Shown here one piece after another: positions 46,501 to 55,131 of a stretch of DNA of 64,000 bases. Below the pieces are notes generated by a model. That model saw only the letters and a program-made list of their open reading frames with translations, was not told the DNA's origin and searched no databases. The stretch is from Corallococcus sp. AB011P (GTDB taxonomy: Bacteria; Myxococcota; Myxococcia; Myxococcales; Myxococcaceae): assembly GCF_003611605.1 (NCBI RefSeq), contig NZ_RAVX01000011.1, positions 132,811 through 196,810 on the forward strand, given 5' to 3'. Numbering within the stretch: position 1 is the first letter of the stretch; each line of letters opens with the position of its first letter. Position numbers and translations under genes: made by a program.

Positions 46501-49500
46501 GCTCGCCAACCTCAACCCGCTGCAGGGCCACTACATCGAGCTCCTCTACCAGCAGGAGCACGACGAGAACCTGCGCGAGCGGCTCAAGAGCGAGCTGGAC
46601 GACTTCTTCAGCACCACCACGCATGACTGGGACAGGGCGGAAGCCCTGCTCTCCGGCAACGCCGCCAAGGCCGCCGCCGTCGAGCTGAACGACGCCATGG
46701 AGGGCACCTTCCTCGGGACCGGCTGGGGCACGGACGAGGACGCCATCTTCAACCTGCTTCGCGGCAAGACGCCGGAGCAGATCGAAGTCATCAAGAAGGC
46801 CTACCAGCAGAAATACGGCAAGGACCTCGTCGCCCAGATGGACGACGAGCTGCGCAGCGGCGCGCGCACGACGCACGACGCGGACGAGATGCACGCCCTG
46901 GTGGAGGGCCGCACCGAGGACGCGCGCGCCATCGAGATGGACCGCGCCATGCGCGGCGGGTGGTTCTTTGGCCTGGGCACCGACCGCAAGGCCATGGAGG
47001 GCGTCTACGACCGCATCCGCAAGGAGACGGAAGCAGACGCGCAGCAGTACGGCTGGGATACCAAGACGTTCCGCGCGGAGCTGCTCAAGCGCAACCAGGC
47101 CATCGACGCGTCGTATGAGCAGCAATACGGCACGGATTGGACCCAGCGCACCGCGGGCGAGAGCGCGCTCAGCGCCGCGTTCCACGATGAGATGAAGGGC
47201 GAGGACCTCAAGCTCATCGAGGGCCTGCGCGACGACAAGGGACTCCAGGTGGATGCCGCGCGCATCCGCATCGAGCACACCAGCATCCTCTACGCGGACG
47301 ACAAGATCATCCGCGACGCCATGTCCGCGCAGGGCAAGCGGCAGATCGCCGACGCGCGCCGCGACGGATACCTGGACGTCCAGGAGCGGCTGGACATCGA
47401 GCGCAGCCTGGACGAGGCGAAGGTCAAACCCGCCAGCGAGGGCCCGCTCACGGAGGAGGACCGCCGCAAGGGCCGCATCAGCGAGCTGGAGTTCCTGGAG
47501 AAGTGGAGCCCGGAGAAGGTCCAGGCCCGCGTCACGAAGGAACGCAAGGAGGTGGACGACAAGGCGAAGGTCCAGGCCCAGGCTGACGCCCAGGCGAACA
47601 TGAAGGCGCTGGCGGCCGAGTACGACAGCGCCTACGTGGAAGGCACGCACCTGCAGGCGGGCTTCGAGCAGGCCGTCCTGATGGACACCTCCGGCGCGGA
47701 CCGCGACGCCGTCGCGGCGATGCTGCAGAAGGGCTACCTCACCGACGCCGAAATCGTTCAGTACGCCGTGCAGGGCGTAGGCACGGACGAGGACGCGCTC
47801 AAGGAGGTCTTCGCAGGAAAGACAAAGGCGGAGATTCAAGCCATGGCCGAGGAGTGGGCCAAGGACCACCCCGCCGATCCTGGTGACACGCGCACGCCCT
47901 TCGAGCGCTTCCGCGATCGCATCGACGAGGAGCTGAGCGGGCGCGAAGAGTTCGACATCATGGACATGGTGGACTACGGCGAGCCCGTCACGCCCCGGGA
48001 GAAGGCGGACCGGGCCTGGCGCCGGGTGCACTTCGAGGCGCGCTCCACCAACAGCATGGCGTCGTCGGAGTACCAGCTGGTGCTGGACCAGGCGTCCGCG
48101 CTCGACGCAGAGGTGAGCGCGCTGGAGCTGCACGAGCGGATGCGCCCCAAGCCCGGGGACAAGAACTACACCGTCGACGGGCTGCGCAAGTGGCAGGACG
48201 ACTGGGAGAAGAAGTCCGAGCGCGTGCAGCGCCAGGGGGACTACGCGGACGAGGCGGTGCAGATGCACCGCGAGCAGGTGGACTTCATCACCGACCGGCT
48301 GGTGACCATCCTCTCCGTGGTGGTGATGGCGGTGGTGGTCATCATCGGCGTCATCGTCAGCATCTTCTTCCCGCCCGCGGGCGCGGGGTTCTGGGCCGCG
48401 TTCGGCGCGTTCATGGCCAGCACGCCGGTGCTGGTGGGCACGGCGGTGGCGACGGCCGCGGTGACGATGCTGACCAAGGCCGCCCTGAAGGGCAGCGCCT
48501 ACGGCTGGGAGGAGGCCGCCACCGACGCGGGCGTGGGCGCCGTGGATGCGCTCGCCTCCGTGGCCACCGCGGGCATGGGCACGAAGCTGCTCAAGCTGGG
48601 GTTCCTGGCGCGCATGGCGGAGGAAGGCGGCGTGCTGGCGCGCATGACGGCGCACGGCCTGGCCCAGGGCGCGGAAGGCCTGGCGCAGGCGGTGCCCTCC
48701 GCGTTCCTGGGCAACGTCCTCAACGACGAGAACTACAAGGGCGGCAACGCGCTCTTCAACGTGCTGGCCGGCACCGCGATGCAGGCGGCGCCGGGCGCGG
48801 TGATGGCCGGAGGGCTGGGCGCGCTGGGCGGCATCTCCAAGCCCCACGTGCCACCTCGAACCCAGGACCTGCTCCACTTCCGGGGCACGCCCAAGGAGCG
48901 GCTGACCCTCTTCAAGAAGTGGAAGGCGGAGAACCCCGCCGGGGACATGAAGGAGTTCCTGCGCGAGTTCGACGACGGCCTGCTCAAGCAGATGTCGGGC
49001 GACTTCGACCGGCAGCAGCTCCAGCGCGCGATGCGCAAGGAGTTGCTCGAGCACATCCCGCCCGCGCAGCGCAAAGCGTTCGCGAACACGCCCATCGAGA
49101 TGCTCTCCGAGGGTGACTTCGAGTCGCTCACCGGCAGCAAGTCCGCGCAGGCCGTCACGATGTTCCGGCGCGGCAAGCCCACCATCATCATCAAGGCGGG
49201 CGCGGACCTGTCCGACCTGGGTGAGGAGGGCCTGCACCTGCTCCAGCGCCACGACAAGGCGACGCGCGAGCTGGTCAGGTCGCTGGACGAAACGGCGCTG
49301 CGACACTGGGACCAGCTGCCCATCGAGAAGCAGTTCGAGCTCTATCGCAAGAAGCTGCGCCTGGAGATCGCGGCTCAGGAGTCGCTGCTCACGTCGCTGG
49401 AGGGCAAGCGCGGCGTGACCCTGGAGCCCGCGGAGGCCACGCGCCGGATCCGGCAGGGAGAGAAGACGCTGGCGAACCTGCGCCAGCGGATGAAGGAGGT

Positions 49501-51643
49501 GGATGCGTTCACGCCGGTGGAGATGGCGGAGTTCGGCCAGGGCGTGCGCTCGAAGCCTCAGTACCTGAATGAGCCGCCGCGGCTGTTCGGCAAGAAGAAG
49601 CCGCCCGAGGCTCCGCTGGCTCCGGAGGGAAAGCCGCCGGAGGTGGAGGGGGCCCGGCAGCTGGAGATGGAGTTCCATGCGGCGAAGCCGGTGAAGCCGC
49701 CGGAGCCGGAGGTTCCGACGCCCAGGCAGCTGGAGATGGGGTTCCCCGCGGAGAAGCCACCGGAGGTGGTCGTTCCGGAGACGAAGCCGCCAGCGGTGGA
49801 GGCGCCCAAGCCCACCGGCGAACCCGAGGTGCCGAAGGGCGCGCTGGCCGAGGGCGACTGGCCCCAGACGTTCGACGTGCACCCGAACGAAGACGTGGGC
49901 CCGTTCTCCCTCCAGCGTCCCGACCTGAATGACCCGAGGATTGGCCTGGTGGAGCGCACGCCGCTGACGGGGAAGCTGCTCAAGCGCACCACCCAGAAGC
50001 TCAACCCGGGGGAGACGCTGGCCCAGGTGGGACCAGCCTGGGAGGAGCTGAAGTTCGTCAAGAAGGGCCGCGTGTACGAACGGCGCTACTACCGCCTGGT
50101 CGAGAAGACCGACACGAACGGCGAGAAGCACCTCTTCGAGGAGATCCTCTCCGCCCGCTCGGGCAACCGCTGGGAGACGCGCGGCGAATTCGCCCGGAGG
50201 GAGGGAAACGAACTGGAGAAGGTCGCCTCCCTGCGGATGACCGAGGCGAACCTGGGCGACCGGCTGGGGCCGGGCAAGGAGTTCCAGCGCGTCACCTTCA
50301 AGCCCAAGGGCAAGCAGGACAGCGGCTTCGACGAGCTGCTCTTCCAGTTCGACGATGGCGTCAACCCCACCAAGGCGGACGTCCACATCATGGAGGTCAA
50401 GGGGGGCAAGGACGAGCCCCGGTTCCGCAAGTTCACCTCCACCGGAGAGAACCTGCCCGGCAACCTGAAGCAGCTTCGCGCTGCGCTGGACGACCCCAAC
50501 TGGAGGCGCAGCCAACAGCTGAGCCCGAGGCACGCCGCGGTGGTCAGGGACGCCCTGGACGCGTGGCGGGTGAGAATCGAGGTGCGCATCGGGCCCAAGA
50601 CGGAGATGCCCCCCCAGCTGCTGTCCAAGCGCATCGAGCGGGCGGCGAGCGCCTGGCGCGAGTTGGACCTGCTCACCCAGCATCTGCCACCGGGCGCGGA
50701 GGACCTGGCGCTCGTCAAGCGGCTCAAGGCCGACCTCAGGACGGCGCTCAAGTCGGGGAACGTCGACATCGCGGACCGGGCCTTCGACCGGATCGAGGCC
50801 ATCGTGAACGGCGCCACGCCCGGCGAGGGGCTCTTCGCGAAGCATGGCATCGAGCTCGACCCCCGGCCTCCCATGATGCGCGGCCTGGATCCCAACGAGG
50901 TCGCGGGCACCATCGTCCGGATCGACGAGAAGTTCATGCCCCCTCCCCCCGTCAAGACCGCCTCGGTCGAAGACGTGGTGGATGTCGTCACGGGGCTGGA
51001 CGAAACCAAACGGGTCCGCAATCGGATCGCGGGCGGCCGGGTGCTGGGGTGGGGAGACTTCGACATCACCGAGTCCCTTCAATGGAAGACGCGGAAGCTC
51101 CAGGCCTTCGAGCGCGCGCAGCTGCGCGACATCCGCGACCAGCTCGTGCAGATTCCAGAACTCGACCCCAAGCGCTTCAACGCGCTGCCGCCCCTGGAAA
51201 AGGAGCTGGCGCTGCGCGAGGCGGCGGAGGCCACCATGGAGGCGCTGGGCATCCCGAAGTCGCGGCGGCCGGAGGTCCTCTTCAAGCGCCTGCGCGGGGA
51301 CTATGGCTACATGAGCTGGAACTTCCGGCGCCTCAAGGGCGGACGGCTGAAGCCGTACCGGAAGCGGGGCCAGCTGGTCATCGCGAAGGGGCTGACGGTG
51401 GGCGAAGCGGTAGGCACCATCGTCCACGAGACCCGGCACTACTATCAGGCCTATCAGGCCTACCAGCTGTCGCTCCGGCGCCAGGCGCATCCGCTCGCGG
51501 CGCTGTGGGCGGGCAACCTTCCCGGCTCCGGCGGCACGTACCACATCGCGGGCCCGCGCTACTATTCACAACCCATCGAGGTGGACGCGGAGACCTTTGG
51601 CCGCCGTCTCATCGATCTGCTCCCGGGGCGATGGCCCCCTTGA
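43502..51643 (+). CDS. Giant (2713 aa) multidomain protein: disordered Pro/Ala-rich N-terminus, at least four annexin repeats, transmembrane segment(s), Pro/Glu-rich linker, C-terminal HExxH-containing domain. Candidate effector/toxin.
   Basis: GTG start after GGGGGGA. Annexin repeats (QWGTDEKKIFDAL...LKSELDDFF, GWGTDEDAIFNLLRGKTPEQIEVIKKAYQQKYGKDL...DDELRSG, GLGTDRKAMEGVYDRIRKE, GVGTDEDALKEVFAGKTKAEIQAM). Hydrophobic block (ILSVVVMAVVVIIGVIVSIFF). C-terminal IVHETRHYYQ. Uniform high-GC3 codon usage over 8.1 kb. Confidence 0.8.
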   Translation: MRIRDQGPKASAKAMLRKSSGRTPSSSAALPRAPGVVPRGPSSSNPARELAARLASLKGAAPALHGPVLRDAARDLERRWSDPAWRTLGGPRSHLFEPCPVHPPEVALLSTPGAIEAELGIHGLSPQPNTGLAQAAGASQPATLAQQEEDARRRDAARMAVLPPGSAEQLGDTAARLAEARASDLAPAADTEEAEAAGLGGSTSPAPEDIAATTVDAPSAGGELATPDQAPAPASIPTGTAPGGMDDAARIDTLVTALSSEGDVHIVVRQASPGTGPREPPSIQTDATVDTGLPEARPMVPAPPAEMDWQKQLAAAHAQGVQGIKHGLETAPDPTGAVAAVEPPARLPAPPPAPAAPVTAGPIPTAPVMGTDADPVAAWKGRIASSTARVPEPQLPPAPRYTFKIIQAAVDPNAVRAARLKQLEDEGKKAITPAKQPKDLPTIPDDPTGKASSLVDAKCERKLEVKDARLPDLLKSPLGHVPEIGAQLMRDDGGHTLIKGPLGDIVYKPGGPKPTDPEKLKDWTRLQKKITAEADKQKKAKVQPKEPAKGITVLEQAAPAPINVPDFARVDIGDVLARLLAAPDKYADASVQKAREAYVPGGLDASWGVPLIAAERPIFAAELQRVADAAQIKKADLDAKVEARRKQLVDSHAATTGSLSKAHEEAKKSLEEGGKSFADALSRMRASLDAQSEAKAAAIKGGVDLTEARRKRDALIAAVDTKVSNWVVRYDQNGKRFKEAFAKAATDQMHAYELAALQDEWELKKDAGDDPVKLKAATEAYRPTKKWLDDRRKEIGAVVAKAKRDIDQSVERYQQELRDAGKEAREVIRDWHAKQIGYERGFWDRLLGWIIDWLDVAHDESRAWEAARAAENKTSLDQNMLFLAEVRLRQGEELDAETIKGNHALSEEQQAILLSYYGKGGKDAVQALAEGLAVRIIGQRRKPLMEALEKELLASTDLERLKVVVDQQEPLFSNRARNISLKVWEGVDQWGTDEKKIFDALANLNPLQGHYIELLYQQEHDENLRERLKSELDDFFSTTTHDWDRAEALLSGNAAKAAAVELNDAMEGTFLGTGWGTDEDAIFNLLRGKTPEQIEVIKKAYQQKYGKDLVAQMDDELRSGARTTHDADEMHALVEGRTEDARAIEMDRAMRGGWFFGLGTDRKAMEGVYDRIRKETEADAQQYGWDTKTFRAELLKRNQAIDASYEQQYGTDWTQRTAGESALSAAFHDEMKGEDLKLIEGLRDDKGLQVDAARIRIEHTSILYADDKIIRDAMSAQGKRQIADARRDGYLDVQERLDIERSLDEAKVKPASEGPLTEEDRRKGRISELEFLEKWSPEKVQARVTKERKEVDDKAKVQAQADAQANMKALAAEYDSAYVEGTHLQAGFEQAVLMDTSGADRDAVAAMLQKGYLTDAEIVQYAVQGVGTDEDALKEVFAGKTKAEIQAMAEEWAKDHPADPGDTRTPFERFRDRIDEELSGREEFDIMDMVDYGEPVTPREKADRAWRRVHFEARSTNSMASSEYQLVLDQASALDAEVSALELHERMRPKPGDKNYTVDGLRKWQDDWEKKSERVQRQGDYADEAVQMHREQVDFITDRLVTILSVVVMAVVVIIGVIVSIFFPPAGAGFWAAFGAFMASTPVLVGTAVATAAVTMLTKAALKGSAYGWEEAATDAGVGAVDALASVATAGMGTKLLKLGFLARMAEEGGVLARMTAHGLAQGAEGLAQAVPSAFLGNVLNDENYKGGNALFNVLAGTAMQAAPGAVMAGGLGALGGISKPHVPPRTQDLLHFRGTPKERLTLFKKWKAENPAGDMKEFLREFDDGLLKQMSGDFDRQQLQRAMRKELLEHIPPAQRKAFANTPIEMLSEGDFESLTGSKSAQAVTMFRRGKPTIIIKAGADLSDLGEEGLHLLQRHDKATRELVRSLDETALRHWDQLPIEKQFELYRKKLRLEIAAQESLLTSLEGKRGVTLEPAEATRRIRQGEKTLANLRQRMKEVDAFTPVEMAEFGQGVRSKPQYLNEPPRLFGKKKPPEAPLAPEGKPPEVEGARQLEMEFHAAKPVKPPEPEVPTPRQLEMGFPAEKPPEVVVPETKPPAVEAPKPTGEPEVPKGALAEGDWPQTFDVHPNEDVGPFSLQRPDLNDPRIGLVERTPLTGKLLKRTTQKLNPGETLAQVGPAWEELKFVKKGRVYERRYYRLVEKTDTNGEKHLFEEILSARSGNRWETRGEFARREGNELEKVASLRMTEANLGDRLGPGKEFQRVTFKPKGKQDSGFDELLFQFDDGVNPTKADVHIMEVKGGKDEPRFRKFTSTGENLPGNLKQLRAALDDPNWRRSQQLSPRHAAVVRDALDAWRVRIEVRIGPKTEMPPQLLSKRIERAASAWRELDLLTQHLPPGAEDLALVKRLKADLRTALKSGNVDIADRAFDRIEAIVNGATPGEGLFAKHGIELDPRPPMMRGLDPNEVAGTIVRIDEKFMPPPPVKTASVEDVVDVVTGLDETKRVRNRIAGGRVLGWGDFDITESLQWKTRKLQAFERAQLRDIRDQLVQIPELDPKRFNALPPLEKELALREAAEATMEALGIPKSRRPEVLFKRLRGDYGYMSWNFRRLKGGRLKPYRKRGQLVIAKGLTVGEAVGTIVHETRHYYQAYQAYQLSLRRQAHPLAALWAGNLPGSGGTYHIAGPRYYSQPIEVDAETFGRRLIDLLPGRWPP

Positions 51644-51655
51644 GGAAGAGAAGCC

Positions 51656-52183
51656 ATGCGTGGTGCTCCGTCGAGGACAGTCACCTGCTACGTGTGCGGC
51701 TCGAAGTTCACCGTGCACCAGAAGCTGGTGGTCACGAAGCGCGACACGGTCGTGCAGCCCGACCCGGACGCGTGCCCGTACTGCGACACGCCGCTCAAGA
51801 CGATTGGCGCGCTGGGTGAGGGCGAGGCCAAGGGCCTGGTGCTGCTCGCCGCGGGCTTTCCGGATGAGGTGAAGGCCTACGGGAAGCCCGAGGACTATCT
51901 GGAGGAGTTCACGCTGACGGAGAAGGACGTCGACGCGCTGGTGGAGCTGGCGCAAGGGTTGGACTTCGCCGCGTGGGAAAAGGACAACGCGGAGCGGCTG
52001 GCGCGGCGCAAGAACCCGCGCGTGCAGGCCGTGTCCCGCTTCCTGCCGAAGCTCCAGGCACGGATGGAGAACGGTGAGCTTCCTGAGCGGTTGCGGCAGG
52101 CCGCGGAGCACGTCAAGGATGTGTACCGCGCGCGGCGGGAGCGCCACCTCGCGATCTTCGAGAAGCGCCAGAAGCAGCGATGA
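51656..52183 (+). CDS. Hypothetical protein with an N-terminal CxxC...CxxC zinc-ribbon
   Basis: CYVCGSKF...CPYCDT. Starts 13 nt after the giant gene. Confidence 0.55.
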   Translation: MRGAPSRTVTCYVCGSKFTVHQKLVVTKRDTVVQPDPDACPYCDTPLKTIGALGEGEAKGLVLLAAGFPDEVKAYGKPEDYLEEFTLTEKDVDALVELAQGLDFAAWEKDNAERLARRKNPRVQAVSRFLPKLQARMENGELPERLRQAAEHVKDVYRARRERHLAIFEKRQKQR

Positions 52184-52965
52184 CGGGCGACGGAGGACGC
52201 ATGGCGGATCAACCGGACAATCCCCCCACCACCTGGAGCGCGCTCTTCGCGGGCGGCCGTGAAGGCGCGGACGCGAAGGAGTTCCTGACGCTCGTGACGC
52301 CCTCCGCGCTGAAGAACGTGAACCTCCCCGCGCGCGAGGCGGGGTCCCTGTGCAACACGCTTAGCGTGGCGCTGGTGCTGTGCGACCCCACGGAGAGCCG
52401 GGCGCTGGCGGAGCCCCTGTCGCGGCTGGCCGGGCCCGCGCTCCAGCAGGTCGCGGAGGACTTCGACGACCTGCGGCCCGAAGAGGTCATCAACGTGCTG
52501 TCGTTCGTGAACGCCCAGGAGTGCGCGGGCGTGCTGGAGGGACTGCTGGCGAGCTCGCCCGTGGAGGCGTGGCTGGAGGCGCTGATGAAGGTGCGCCGGA
52601 CGCTGCACGACGAGCTGGCGTACCGGTGTGGACTGGTGGCGCTGGCGCTGGGGCCACCGGAGCTGGCGGCCCGGTTCGTGGGCGGCGGGAAGCTGACCCA
52701 GGACTTCACGCCGGGGCAGACGTTCGGGTTCAACGTCCAGGGCTTCGTGCGCTACCTGGCGACGGCGCGGCTGCGGAAGGCCCCGGCCCGGGACGTGCGC
52801 CCGGCGTGGGAGACGTTCGTGGAGGCCTTTCCCCTGAAGGCGGCGGCGAGCACGCTGGAGTGGAAGGACCTCCTCTGGGCGGCGCGCGCGTACTTCGCGG
52901 GCCTGGAGGGGCGGCCGGTGGCGCGGGTGGGTGAGTCCCTGCATGCGCGCGTGAAGCCTGCCTGA
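52180..52965 (+). CDS. Hypothetical protein (ATGA-coupled)
   Basis: Overlapping start/stop with its neighbours. Coding-like codon usage. No known domain recognised. Confidence 0.5.
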   Translation: MTGDGGRMADQPDNPPTTWSALFAGGREGADAKEFLTLVTPSALKNVNLPAREAGSLCNTLSVALVLCDPTESRALAEPLSRLAGPALQQVAEDFDDLRPEEVINVLSFVNAQECAGVLEGLLASSPVEAWLEALMKVRRTLHDELAYRCGLVALALGPPELAARFVGGGKLTQDFTPGQTFGFNVQGFVRYLATARLRKAPARDVRPAWETFVEAFPLKAAASTLEWKDLLWAARAYFAGLEGRPVARVGESLHARVKPA

Positions 52966-54479
52966 TGCACTCCCCTGCCCTCGTCGCGCGGCCGGAGGTT
53001 TCCTTCGAGGCGATGGACCGGGTGCTGTCCGCGTTGGGCTGGTTCCTCCAGTCCGAAAGCCAGACGCCTCCGCTCATCCCCGGCGAGCCGGAGTCCGCGG
53101 TGTATGTGAAGCGCGCGACGGACCTGGCGCTCCACTACACGTTCAACCCGGTGCTCCGGCTGCGGGTGCTCGAGTTCTCCGGACCTGACGCGGTGGGGGA
53201 ATGGGTGGCCGTGCGCAAGGTGGTGCCGGTGCTGGAGGCCCCGGCGCTCGCGGCGCTGCTGACGTCGTCGGAGACGCGGGAGGTGCTGCTGGGGTTGCTG
53301 GCCACGGAGGCGCTGCGGGAGCGCTCGTCGATGGAGCGCGTGGCGGCGCTGCGCTTCCATCCGGAGTTCAGCGTGTCGCGGACCGCGGAGCGCGTGCTGG
53401 CGTCGCTGGTGCCGGACGGGACGGAGGAGGCGTTCGCGCGGCTGAAGGCGGAGAAGGAGGCGCATCCGGATCGCTCCGTGCTGTTCGCGCACCTGCCGGG
53501 GGAGGAGCAGCGGCGGCAGGTGTTGCGCTGGCTCATCCAGGATCAGGCGGCGTCGAATCCGGACATCGACGCGGTGCTGCGCTCCGCGCTGGTGGACACG
53601 GACGCGGAGGTGCGGGTGACGGCGGTGATGGCGGCGGCCCGGCTCCAGGCGAGGGAGGTGCTGCCAGCGCTGCGCGCGGCCCGGATGCCCACGTCGACAC
53701 GGGAGGGCGCGGACCCGAGGGACCGGCAGTTCTATTCGAACCTGCGGGACCTGGTGGCCCAGGTGCTCGCGGGCCGGCCGCTGCCTCCGGAGGGTTCACC
53801 GAAGCGTGAGCGGATGGCTCCGCTCTTGCGCGCACTGTCGGGTCCCGCGGACGTGCGGGACGATCCCACGCTGCTGCTGCATGCGCTCACGACGCCGGTG
53901 GATCCGGGGCCACGTTCGGTGGGACTGCCCGAAGCGGTGGTGGAGCGGGAAGGCACATACCGGCTGCGCCGCTCCGGGTTGGAGGCGCGCTGGGTGCCTC
54001 CGGTGGAGCACTGGCTGGGGACGGGGCCGACGCTGCGGCGCGTGACGTCACCGGGGTTCTTCGTCGCTCGGGTGCCCGTGAGCCGGGCCGCGGCGGCCTG
54101 GGCGATGGCGGCTTCGCAGGGGCCGGTGGGTACGGCGGGGCCGGACGCGGAGGAGCCGCTGCCCTGCACTCTCGTGGAGGCGGAGCAGGTGTGCTCGGCG
54201 CTGTCGCGCATTGAGGGCGTGGAGCTGCGGCTGCCTTCCAGCGAGGAATGGGAGATGGCTGCCCGCGGGCCGGACGGGCGGCTGTTCCCGTGGGGCAATT
54301 CGATGCGGGACGACGGGGCTTCACGGGCTTCGCCCTGGGGCGTGGAGAAGCTCGTGGCTTCGCTTCCGCAGTGGGCGCGGGAAGGCCTGCTGTGCGGGGG
54401 ACGGGAACAGCCGCTGTGCGCTTCGCGCCGCGAGGTGGCGGCGGCGGTGGGCGCCGTCCGATGGGTGCTGGCCTCCTGA
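52965..54479 (+). CDS. HEAT-repeat protein with a C-terminal formylglycine-generating-enzyme (FGE/SUMF1-type) domain
   Basis: PBS-lyase/HEAT-like repeats (VRVTAVMAAARLQAREVLPAL). C-terminal RLPSSEEWEMAARGPDGRLFPWGN, matching the FGE-sulfatase domain core. Confidence 0.6.
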   Translation: MHSPALVARPEVSFEAMDRVLSALGWFLQSESQTPPLIPGEPESAVYVKRATDLALHYTFNPVLRLRVLEFSGPDAVGEWVAVRKVVPVLEAPALAALLTSSETREVLLGLLATEALRERSSMERVAALRFHPEFSVSRTAERVLASLVPDGTEEAFARLKAEKEAHPDRSVLFAHLPGEEQRRQVLRWLIQDQAASNPDIDAVLRSALVDTDAEVRVTAVMAAARLQAREVLPALRAARMPTSTREGADPRDRQFYSNLRDLVAQVLAGRPLPPEGSPKRERMAPLLRALSGPADVRDDPTLLLHALTTPVDPGPRSVGLPEAVVEREGTYRLRRSGLEARWVPPVEHWLGTGPTLRRVTSPGFFVARVPVSRAAAAWAMAASQGPVGTAGPDAEEPLPCTLVEAEQVCSALSRIEGVELRLPSSEEWEMAARGPDGRLFPWGNSMRDDGASRASPWGVEKLVASLPQWAREGLLCGGREQPLCASRREVAAAVGAVRWVLAS

Positions 54480-54549
54480 AGCTGACTGGCAGCTCGAGGA
54501 CGCCAGGGCCGCCGCTCACGAAGCTGGGCCCCCTGGGAAGTCGGGGAGC

Positions 54550-54880
54550 TTCAGGCTGGCAGCCACCTCCGGGGACGAAGCTCCTCAAACCTGTCCGACT
54601 GTCGGACAGGTTTCCCGAGGCCGCAACCGGCAGGGCCCCCTCACCCCAAGTCGAGGAGTTTCAGGCTGGCAGCCACCTCCGGGGACGAAGCTCCTCAAAC
54701 CTGTCCGACTGTCGGACAGGTTTCCCGAGGCCGCAACCGGCAGGGCCCCCTCACCCCAAGTCGAGGAGTTTCAGGCTGGCAGCCACCTCCGGGGACGAAG
54801 CTCCTCAAACCTGTCCGACTGTCGGACAGGTTTCCCGCGGCCGCAGCCGGCAGGGCCCCCTCCCCCTCGGTGCCACCGAC
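54550..54880. repeat. Three tandem copies of a 110-bp unit, each containing the 27-bp palindrome AAACCTGTCCGACTGTCGGACAGGTTT (at 54587, 54697, 54807)
   Basis: Seen directly. Unit: TTCAGGCTGGCAGCCACCTCCGGGGACGAAGCTCCTCAAACCTGTCCGACTGTCGGACAGGTTTCCCGAGGCCGCAACCGGCAGGGCCCCCTCACCCCAAGTCGAGGAGT. Copies 1 and 2 are identical; copy 3 carries a few substitutions. Confidence 0.9.
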
Positions 54881-54909
54881 CACCGGTCTCGTCCGTCGAG
54901 TCGGTCGCG

Positions 54910-55131
54910 CTACTTCTTCGGCATCCGGATGCTGGGGTTCGCCGCGACCCGGGGCGCGCTCTTCGCCTTGAAGCTGCCACCGGCCGCGGCCTTCATCGTG
55001 GGCCCCTTGGCCGCGGCTCCCAGCTGGGCCCTGGCTGTGTCCGTCTTGGGCTGCTGCGACGGCGCGATGGCCTTGTTCATGGCGGGCTTGCGGTCGGGCG
55101 TCTTCCGCGTCTGGGGCGTCATTGTCTTCAT
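54910..55131 (-). CDS. Small basic Lys/Ala/Pro-rich protein (73 aa), last gene of the coupled minus-strand operon
   Basis: ATG overlaps the stop of the upstream gene (ATGA). High GC3 codon usage. Disordered, basic composition. Confidence 0.45.
   Translation of the reverse strand: MKTMTPQTRKTPDRKPAMNKAIAPSQQPKTDTARAQLGAAAKGPTMKAAAGGSFKAKSAPRVAANPSIRMPKK

Noticed and set aside
44048-51544. 2498-aa ORF on the minus strand antisense to the giant gene
   Set aside because: It is in exact antisense register to a well-supported 2713-aa coding sequence. Its composition is extreme Arg/Gly/Leu/His low-complexity, typical of high-GC antisense frames. It has no RBS or domain signal.
54550-54880. Considered the tandem repeats as a possible CRISPR array
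   Set aside because: The whole 110-bp units are repeated, with no unique spacers. The palindrome is 27 bp inside each unit. The same palindrome also occurs as solo copies at 13.9-14.1 kb. There is no leader and no cas genes.
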